DNA from: an uncultured delta proteobacterium
GTDB taxonomy: Bacteria > Desulfobacterota > Binatia > JACPRU01
Assembly (NCBI GenBank): GCA_963745025.1
Contig: CAVUWD010000005.1
Coordinates: forward strand, 96,001 to 160,000
Direction of reading: 5' to 3'
Length of the DNA: 64,000 nt
Shown here: positions 57,313-64,000 of the stretch, piece after piece
How positions within the stretch are numbered: the stretch's first letter is position 1
Layout of the letters: every line of letters starts with the position of its first letter
Notes under the pieces: model-generated
What the model was told of the DNA's origin: nothing
Seen by the model: the letters and a program-made list of their open reading frames with translations, nothing else
Database searches by the model: none
Program-made: the position numbers and the translations under genes

Positions 57313-57888
57313 ATGCGGGGTAGCATGGGTCGGTCGAGAGCCTCGGTCGCGGTTTGGGTCGGCGTCATCTTTCTCGGATTCGCCACGTGGGCTTCGGCGG
57401 GAGCCTTCCGGATCATCGTGTGGAAGCAGAGCCACGTCCTGGAGGTAGTGAATGCCGACAAGGTGATCCGCCGCTACCCGATCTCCCTCGGGATCGCCCC
57501 GGTTGGACGGAAGGAAGTCCGGGGGGACGGAAAGACGCCGGTCGGCAGGTACTACGTCTATGAGAAGCGGCCGAGCGACCGCTTCCGCTGGTTCCTCGCG
57601 CTCAACTATCCCGGCAGCGACGACGCCGATCGTGCCTTCGAGGCGGGGCGGATCTCGGCGGATACCTGGGCGGACATTTGGATCGCCGACAGGACCGGCC
57701 AGACGCCACCTTGGAACACACCGCTCGGCGCCTTCGTCGGTATTCACGGGACGGGCACCGATGCCCGCAAGGCGAGGCTTCGCCTTGCTTCCGACTGGAC
57801 GAACGGGTGCATCGCGGTCAGTGATCACGACATCGAGGAGCTCTACGCGCTGATCCCAGTTGGCACCGCCGTCGAGATCCACGAGTAG
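57313..57888 (+). CDS. L,D-transpeptidase (YkuD family)
   Basis: Signal/TM segment; GDGKTPVG.Y, LNYP, VGIHGTG...WTNGCIAV. Confidence 0.9.
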   Translation: MRGSMGRSRASVAVWVGVIFLGFATWASAGAFRIIVWKQSHVLEVVNADKVIRRYPISLGIAPVGRKEVRGDGKTPVGRYYVYEKRPSDRFRWFLALNYPGSDDADRAFEAGRISADTWADIWIADRTGQTPPWNTPLGAFVGIHGTGTDARKARLRLASDWTNGCIAVSDHDIEELYALIPVGTAVEIHE

Positions 57889-57979
57889 TCCCGCGCCCAC
57901 ACGGGGCGCGTTCGCTCGACAGGGTTTCTCGGCCAGAGATCGTTCGCGACCAACGGCAGCGGTCCCCCGACGCAGTCTC

Positions 57980-58723
57980 CTAGCGAAAGAGGTCTTTGGA
58001 GCGCTCGCGCAGGAGTTCCGCGGACCGACCTTCGCCGCGCTGGTAGGGATAGCCGCGCACGAGCACGGCGGGGATCCCTTGGTCCTTGTCCATGAGCAGT
58101 CCGGCCGCGGCGGCAAGCTCGTCCGCCACCGCGACGACTGTGTGATGAAGCTCTCTCCCGGTGAGATCGCGCTTGCCGCGAAAATCCAGCAGCGGGAGAA
58201 AGCCCGCGATGCCGATCGCCACCTCCACCAAGCCTTCTCGCCAGGGCCGACCGAACGTATCGGTGATGAGCACGGGGAGGTCGAGCGACTCGCGGTCGCG
58301 CAATCCCGCGTAGAGCCGCTGCGCCGAAGCGTCGGGATCTGCGGGCAGCAGGATGACGGTCGAGGCGTCGAGGCTGTTCGACTCGTCCACGCCGGCGTTT
58401 GCGCAGACGAAGCCCTGCCGAGTTTCCACGATCAGGTGCTTCTGATCCATGCGCACGATCCGTCGGGTCTCACCGAGGATGACTTCGACGATGCACGGGT
58501 CCTTTTCTATCTCGCGGCCGATCTGCTCGGCGACCGCCGAAGCGTGGACGCGAGCGAGGTCCACGACGCGGCCTTCGGCCTTCGACACCGCCTTCTGACA
58601 GACGACGAGCAGATCGCCGTCCTCCACCGCGGAGCGACGGGCGGCCGCCGCGAGCAGCGCGACGAGATCGTCGCCGGGGCGGATCGCTGGAATCCCTTCG
58701 AGCGGTATGAGCTGGATCGGCAT
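57980..58723 (-). CDS. cofE: Coenzyme F420-0:L-glutamate ligase
   Basis: P.IRPGDDL, QKAVSKAEG, CANAGVDESN, LLPADPDASA, DTFGRPWR, VADELAAAA. Confidence 0.93.
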   Translation of the reverse strand: MPIQLIPLEGIPAIRPGDDLVALLAAAARRSAVEDGDLLVVCQKAVSKAEGRVVDLARVHASAVAEQIGREIEKDPCIVEVILGETRRIVRMDQKHLIVETRQGFVCANAGVDESNSLDASTVILLPADPDASAQRLYAGLRDRESLDLPVLITDTFGRPWREGLVEVAIGIAGFLPLLDFRGKRDLTGRELHHTVVAVADELAAAAGLLMDKDQGIPAVLVRGYPYQRGEGRSAELLRERSKDLFR

Positions 58724-58724
58724 C

Positions 58725-59681
58725 TCAGCCCGCGCGCTTGCGTAGTGAACGCGCGAGTTCCAGGGCCGCGCGCGCGACGGCGATGCTCCTCGCCATCGTG
58801 TCCATCCGAATGTCTGCCGCGACCACCGCGATCCCCTCGCGCTCGATCTCCGCACGCAGCGCGATGTCTGCAGAGTCGATCACCATCCCGTCGAGAAGTC
58901 CACGGTAGACGTTCGCCAGGCTGAGGGGCGAGACGGAATGCCCGGCGGCGCGCAGCATGCCGCCAAGCGGACCACGAACCGCCCGCCCCGCGGCAATCGG
59001 GCTCACGGCGATGAGCGGCGCCTGCCGCTCGCGCACGGCGCGCTCGACTCCGGCCACACCCAGAATCGGTCGGATGCTCGTGAACGGGTTGCTCGGCGGC
59101 AGCAGCAACAGATCGGCTCGGTGGATTGCCTCGAGCACGCCAGGCGCAGGGCGCGCTGCGCGCAGACCGCGATAGGAGAGACGAGCGACCGGATCGCGTG
59201 CCCGCCGGTGTACGAAGTACTCCTGGAACGGGAGCCGGCGCCCCTCCCGGGTGTGGACGAACGTCCGCACCGGATCGTCGGACATTGGCAGAACGTGCGC
59301 GCGAAGGCCGAAGGCGCGCGCGATCGCCGCGGTCACTTCGTGGAGCCCGCGGCCGGAAGCGAGGGCATGCGTGCGGTAGATGTGCGTGGCCAGATCGTGA
59401 TCGCCGAGCGCGAACCAGCCGTGCCGGTAGAAGCGTTGCAGCGCGGAAAGCACGCGCTGCGAGTCGCGGGCGATACCCCAGCCGCGATCCCGGGGCGCGG
59501 CCCCGGCCAGGTTGTAGACGGTCGTGTCGAGATCCGGCGAGACGTGCAATCCGTAGAATTCCTCGTCGTCTGCGGTATTGACGATCACGGAAAGCCGATG
59601 GGCAGGGATGATTCGCGCAACGCCGCGGAGCAGCCGCGCCGCGCCGACCCCGCCGGCAAGGGCGGTCACGCGCTCGGACAC
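58725..59681 (-). CDS. cofD: 2-phospho-L-lactate transferase
   Basis: LAGGVGAAR, VNTADD, SPDLDT, WF.LGD.D, PMSD, FQEYFV, PSNP..SI. Confidence 0.93.
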   Translation of the reverse strand: MSERVTALAGGVGAARLLRGVARIIPAHRLSVIVNTADDEEFYGLHVSPDLDTTVYNLAGAAPRDRGWGIARDSQRVLSALQRFYRHGWFALGDHDLATHIYRTHALASGRGLHEVTAAIARAFGLRAHVLPMSDDPVRTFVHTREGRRLPFQEYFVHRRARDPVARLSYRGLRAARPAPGVLEAIHRADLLLLPPSNPFTSIRPILGVAGVERAVRERQAPLIAVSPIAAGRAVRGPLGGMLRAAGHSVSPLSLANVYRGLLDGMVIDSADIALRAEIEREGIAVVAADIRMDTMARSIAVARAALELARSLRKRAG

Positions 59682-59688
59682 GGTATCC

Positions 59689-60972
59689 TTAGTTTTCGCC
59701 TGCAGCCCGGCGAAACGCGGGATGCTCGAAACGAAACTGCGACGACTCGGTCAGCTCCCGGTACGAGCCGAACACGGCGTCGGAGTCCGTGACGCGGTCG
59801 AGCGCCGTCTCGACGTCGTCCGGACCGTCGAAGCGCTTGCGGATCGAATAGAGCGTGGACCGCTCCGCGGGGATGCGTCCCGACTGGCGAATGAGCGTCC
59901 GCAGTCGTCGCGGCGACTGCAGCTGGCCGAAGCTCGCTCCCGCCGAGGTCGAAATGCTCTCGTTGATGAGCGTTCCGCCCATGTCGTTGCACCCGGCGTT
60001 CAGAAGGTATGCGGAGAAACGCGGACCTTCCTTCACCCACGATGTCTGCACGTTACGGAAGCTCGGGCCGAGCATGATGCGCGCGAGCGCGTGCATGGCC
60101 ACGACTTCCGCAGCATCGGCGCCGCGCCGCGCCTGGGCCACGAGATGACGGAACGTCATCGGCGCTTCCTGGTGAATGAACGACAGCGGCACGAACTCGG
60201 TGAAGCCGTGCGTTTGGTGCTGGATGTCGCGCAGGAGCGTCAGGTGTTCCACCCACTGATCCGGTCGATCGATGTGCCCGTACATGATCGTCGAGGTGGT
60301 GCGGATGCCGAGCGCGTGAGCCGAGGTGATCACCTCGATCCACTGGTCGCGGGTGATCCGGCCCGGCGCGATGCGATCGCGAACCTCCTGAACGAGGATC
60401 TCGGCCGAGGTGCCGGGCAGGGTATCGAGGCCCGCTTCCTTCAGTGCCTTCAGATAGGCCGGGATCGAGACGCCCGCGCGGACCGATCCGTAGAGGACCT
60501 CTTCGGGCGAGAAGGCGTGAATGTGGATGTCCGGCAGCTCGAGCTTGATGGCCTTGCAGATCTCGACGTAGAGCCAACCATCCATCTTCGGCGGCAAGCC
60601 CGCTTGGATGCAGACCTCCGTCGCGCCGTAATCCCATGCCTCTCGCGCGCGCCGCACCAGCTCGGGGATCGGCAACCAGTAGCCTTGCTCGGCGCGGTGG
60701 TCACGGCTGAAGGCGCAGAAGGTGCAGTGCTTGATGCAGACGTTCGTGAAGTTGATGTTGCGGTTGACGACGTAGGTGACGACGTCGCCGGCCTGCCGTC
60801 GCCGCAGCTCGTCGGCGACTTGCGCGACGACTCCGAGCGCGAAACCGCGCGCGGTGGCGACGCGAAGGGCGTCCTCGCCGCCGATCTCGCCGTCCTCGAG
60901 GGCGCGGGCGAGCGCGAAGCGCAGCGGCCGATCGATGGCAGAGAGCAGCCGGTTCAGCTCAGTCTCGGGCAT
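59689..60972 (-). CDS. cofH: FO synthase subunit 2
   Basis: TYVVNRNINFTNVC..HCTFCAFS, EVCIQAG, PGTSAEIL, TIMYGH, FTEFVPL, D.GGTLINESIS..AG. Confidence 0.93.
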   Translation of the reverse strand: MPETELNRLLSAIDRPLRFALARALEDGEIGGEDALRVATARGFALGVVAQVADELRRRQAGDVVTYVVNRNINFTNVCIKHCTFCAFSRDHRAEQGYWLPIPELVRRAREAWDYGATEVCIQAGLPPKMDGWLYVEICKAIKLELPDIHIHAFSPEEVLYGSVRAGVSIPAYLKALKEAGLDTLPGTSAEILVQEVRDRIAPGRITRDQWIEVITSAHALGIRTTSTIMYGHIDRPDQWVEHLTLLRDIQHQTHGFTEFVPLSFIHQEAPMTFRHLVAQARRGADAAEVVAMHALARIMLGPSFRNVQTSWVKEGPRFSAYLLNAGCNDMGGTLINESISTSAGASFGQLQSPRRLRTLIRQSGRIPAERSTLYSIRKRFDGPDDVETALDRVTDSDAVFGSYRELTESSQFRFEHPAFRRAAGEN

Positions 60973-62213
60973 GCGGCAGCCTCCGAAAAGAACTCGCTGC
61001 GTTTGGGGGTGACCTCGAGGAGCTCGCCCGTGAGCCTCTGCTGCGCGGCGACTATGCCGGGACGCAGCATCGGATCGAGAAAGCCCTCGCGCTCGACGAA
61101 CTCCGGGTATACGGGCAGCCGCGGCAGCAGTGTGAAGCCGTTCTCGGCGCACGTCGTCGCGAGCTTCGCCACGTGCGGCCACGGAGCCTCGGGATTCACG
61201 TAGTCCGCGGTTAGCGGTGAGATGCCGCCCCAGTCGTTGATGCCCGCACGCAGCAGCAGGCGGTGACCCGTCGGGTTGAGGTTGGGGGGTGCCTGGAGAT
61301 TCATCTCGCCGCCGAGCACGAGGCGCGCCGTCGCGACCGTGCGTGCGATCTCCAGATCGTCGGGCTCCGGAGCGTCGTGCATGGGAATCTCGGGCTTTCG
61401 GCGGAAGTTCTGGACGATGACCTCCTGGATGTGCCGGTAACGATCGTCGACGTCACGAATCGCGAGCAGGCTGTCTGCCCGCTCCTCGAGCGTCTCGCCG
61501 ATTCCGATCAGGATCCCGGTGGTGAACGGGATGCGGAGCTCGCCGGCGTCGGAGATCGTGCGCAGTCGCACGGCCGGGTCCTTGTCGGGCGCCGCGTGAT
61601 GCGGCCCGCCACGCGCCCGCAGGCGCGGGCTGACGTTTTCCAGCATCAGACCCATGCTGACGTTGACCGGCTTCAGTAGCTCGAGCTCGTCGGCGGTCAT
61701 CACCCCGGCGTTGGTATGCGGCCAGAGATTCTCCTCGAGTGCGATCTCGCAGGCGCGATGGACGTACTCGATGGTCGACGCATGGCCGAGAAGAGACAGC
61801 AGGGCACGGTACTGGCGAAACGCGGTCTCGGGGCGGTCGCCGAGGCACATGAGAGCTTCGTGGCAGCCGAGCCTCGCACCCCGTCGACTCCAATCGCGCA
61901 CCTCCTCCTCGGTCATCGTCCAGGCGCCGTCATCGCACGGGTCCTTGCGGAACGTGCAGTAGCGGCAGCGGTCGCGGCAGAGGTTGGTGATCGGCAAAAA
62001 GACCTTCGGAGAGAACGTGACGACGCGGCCCTTGGCTCCGTCGCGGAGCTCGGAGGCGTGCTCACAGAGCGGCTGGAGCTCGCGGTCGTCGCACGCGAGC
62101 AGGCGAATGGTGTCGAGCCGATCGAGCCGCTCACCGCGGCGGCTGCGAGCGAGGATCTCGGAAATCGACGGCAGATGCCCCGCGGACGCGGAGAGAGGGG
62201 AGCGGCTCTCCAT
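60954..62213 (-). CDS. cofG: FO synthase subunit 1
   Basis: TFSPKVFLP.TNLCRDRCRYCTF, PHTNAG, SMGLMLE, PFTTGILIGIGE, QAPPNL, DWGGISP.T.DYVNPE.PWP. Confidence 0.93.
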   Translation of the reverse strand: MESRSPLSASAGHLPSISEILARSRRGERLDRLDTIRLLACDDRELQPLCEHASELRDGAKGRVVTFSPKVFLPITNLCRDRCRYCTFRKDPCDDGAWTMTEEEVRDWSRRGARLGCHEALMCLGDRPETAFRQYRALLSLLGHASTIEYVHRACEIALEENLWPHTNAGVMTADELELLKPVNVSMGLMLENVSPRLRARGGPHHAAPDKDPAVRLRTISDAGELRIPFTTGILIGIGETLEERADSLLAIRDVDDRYRHIQEVIVQNFRRKPEIPMHDAPEPDDLEIARTVATARLVLGGEMNLQAPPNLNPTGHRLLLRAGINDWGGISPLTADYVNPEAPWPHVAKLATTCAENGFTLLPRLPVYPEFVEREGFLDPMLRPGIVAAQQRLTGELLEVTPKRSEFFSEAAACPRLS

Positions 62214-62351
62214 CGTCGTGCAATACGGCAGGGGTCTGGCTCAGTCAAGCTGCCGTGGTGAGCCCAACGAGTGCAGCGCCGATGCGCGGGACCGGGGGCG
62301 TCGCTTCGCTCCGCGTCGCTCAGAGACGGCGAAAGCGCGTCGAGTGCGGTC

Positions 62352-63095
62352 TCAGCGAAGCCTCGTCTCCGTCGATTGCGTCTCGATTCGATAGTTGCGT
62401 GTCAGGCGCAGGACCGGGATGTCGCGGCGCAAATCGCCGTCGATGACGTCGACAAGAGGCGCGGCTTCGGCGCTGGAGAACATTCGCATCACCTCGACGC
62501 GGAGCGCTCGGGCGATCGAATCGGGAAGGCAAGCGAGCTGCACGTTCGGATCGTCGCGCGATTCTTCGAGCGGCTCGATGCTGTCGAAGGGAGCGGTGGA
62601 AACGAGACGGCGGCACTCGTCGACCAGTGCTTGGATCTTACCCAGGGGAGCGGCGTGAGGGTAAAGCGCCTCGTCGATCACCTGATGCAGCGCCTCGCCG
62701 TCGACCTCCACGGATTCACGCTCGACGACGATGCGGCCCGGCAGGATCGAGTACTGCCGCGGCGCCTCGATGTCGATGCGGCCGAACGTCACGATGAGCT
62801 CGTTCTGCCCGTCGCTGACCTCCCAGGCCACCCGGCACATGGGATCCCAGCGCGGATGAGAGATCACTTCCGCGTCACTCGACCGCTCGAGTAGCTGCAA
62901 CCCATGGTCCCGATGCGCGGCGAGGAACTGCCGCTGGTCGTTGGCCGCGATGGGTGTTCCGTCGGGAAGATAGATCGAGGCGCGGTCACTCTGCGTGACG
63001 CGGTGGACGGCCTTGCACGCCGTGCAGAAGAGGAACGCGCCATCGAATAGCTCACGCTCGCCGGCGGTTTGACCGAGCGCTATGGAGTAGGACAT
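62352..63095 (-). CDS. Hypothetical protein with a CxxCxxxH...H putative Zn site
   Basis: FCTACKAVH...FLAAHRDH; TGATG coupling to the upstream regulator. Confidence 0.65.
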   Translation of the reverse strand: MSYSIALGQTAGERELFDGAFLFCTACKAVHRVTQSDRASIYLPDGTPIAANDQRQFLAAHRDHGLQLLERSSDAEVISHPRWDPMCRVAWEVSDGQNELIVTFGRIDIEAPRQYSILPGRIVVERESVEVDGEALHQVIDEALYPHAAPLGKIQALVDECRRLVSTAPFDSIEPLEESRDDPNVQLACLPDSIARALRVEVMRMFSSAEAAPLVDVIDGDLRRDIPVLRLTRNYRIETQSTETRLR

Positions 63096-63712
63096 CAGCC
63101 ATGTTCCTTCCGGGGCTCGAAGAGGGCGACGGTCTGATTGGCCTCCTCGGCACTCGAACGGAAGTGCTCCTGGACCGCTTGCACGTTGGTGCGGATGCAA
63201 TCGAGCGCGGCGCGGTTCGGATTGGACAGCCATTCGGGGCAGCTGCGCTCGAGAGACTCCGCGGCTTCGAGGACGGCATCGAGCCGGGCGATCGGATTCT
63301 CGGCCTTCTGACGCGTCGCCCGCCGACGGTCCTCTACGGCATTCTCCACCACCGTCAGGATCTTCTTCGAGTCGAAGGGCTTCGCGATGTAGTCGAAGGC
63401 GCGAAGCTTCAGCGCCTTGACCGCGCTCTCGTAGGAGCCATAGCCGGTGATGATGATGACCGGCAGATCCGGATCCACGCTGCGGATCAGAGACAGCGTG
63501 TTCTGACCAGCCAAGCCCGGCATCTTGAGGTCCAAGGTGACGGCCTCGACACGCTCGTTCTTGAGGATCTCGAGCGCCTCTTCGCCGCTTTGGGCCGTTA
63601 CCACCAGGAATTCCCGCTGCAGGATCAGTTGGAGGGCAAGGCGCGGTCCCCGCTCGTCATCCACCACCAGCACGGTCGACGGTTGCCTGCTCTCGCTCGT
63701 CGAAGTCTCCAT
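63095..63712 (-). CDS. Response regulator (receiver + short helical tail)
   Basis: VLVVDDE, TLDLKMPG, IITGY, YIAKPF. Confidence 0.9.
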   Translation of the reverse strand: METSTSESRQPSTVLVVDDERGPRLALQLILQREFLVVTAQSGEEALEILKNERVEAVTLDLKMPGLAGQNTLSLIRSVDPDLPVIIITGYGSYESAVKALKLRAFDYIAKPFDSKKILTVVENAVEDRRRATRQKAENPIARLDAVLEAAESLERSCPEWLSNPNRAALDCIRTNVQAVQEHFRSSAEEANQTVALFEPRKEHG

Positions 63713-63725
63713 GCGACAGCGAGAA

Positions 63726-63741
63726 AGCAGATTCCGTGCCA
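63726..63741 (-). promoter_or_regulatory. sigma54 (-24/-12) promoter
   Basis: TGGCACGGAATCTGCT on the minus strand versus consensus TGGCAC-N5-TTGCW. Confidence 0.65.
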
Positions 63742-63913
63742 CTAAAGCCGCGAGAAAATTAGGGGAAATTCGCAGCTACCGCGGCCCGAATGTGCGATTT
63801 TGTCCAGGGCCGCGCAGTCGTCGTCAAATCGTGCCGACGCGGACCTGGTGCCCGGACGCGGGCGGCCTCTTTCGGAGGCGCGCGACTCTCCCCCGGACCC
63901 GGCGATGGCGGGA

Positions 63914-64000
63914 TCAGGATTCGCAGCTCGGGATGCCCAGTTTGTCGATCTTGTATTTCAGGATGCGCCGCGTGGTGCCGAGCATCTCGGCGGCGCGAGT
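63914..64000 (-). CDS. 3-prime end of a Fis-HTH (sigma54 activator-type) regulator, truncated by the window edge
   Basis: TRAAEMLGTTRRILKYKIDKLGI..*. Confidence 0.75.
   Translation of the reverse strand, partial: TRAAEMLGTTRRILKYKIDKLGIPSCES

Overview
GC-rich (roughly 65-70%) bacterial chromosomal window. The gene set (F420 cof genes, tandem UvrA, LipB-LipA, deltaproteobacterial-type PerR box) would fit a Candidatus Binatia / deltaproteobacterial metagenome assembly; this is inference only. Clusters of single-base frameshifts in ordinary genes look like long-read indel errors. About 1-24 kb is accessory: a methyltransferase/coiled-coil/WbsX/GT2 glycan enzyme, several gene scars, an arylsulfatase, a glycyl-radical enzyme with its activase, an MFS fusion, and a vapBC+MOSC islet between duplicated livF copies. 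The standout is a convergent pair at 4.8-10 kb. One gene is a PPDK-derived ATP-grasp/phospho-His protein with a replaced C-terminal domain. The other is a circularly permuted enolase with catalytic residues intact, fused to an N-terminal M50/site-2-protease-like HEMGH membrane domain. About 24-64 kb is mostly core: liv operon, SDR, Gfo/Idh/MocA, double UvrA, rnhB, E2, lipB-lipA, mgtE, GST, PerR-boxed rubrerythrin-RFO-DUF3501-perR, nuoI-like, moeB, an aorA/aorC/moaD-like cluster lacking aorB, trmB, an orphan dnaA with DnaA boxes, ACAD, L,D-transpeptidase, cofGHDE and a sigma54-controlled response-regulator operon. Nine intergenic hairpins built from a GGCTACC heptamer are dispersed through the window. 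No rRNA, tRNA or CRISPR array was seen.
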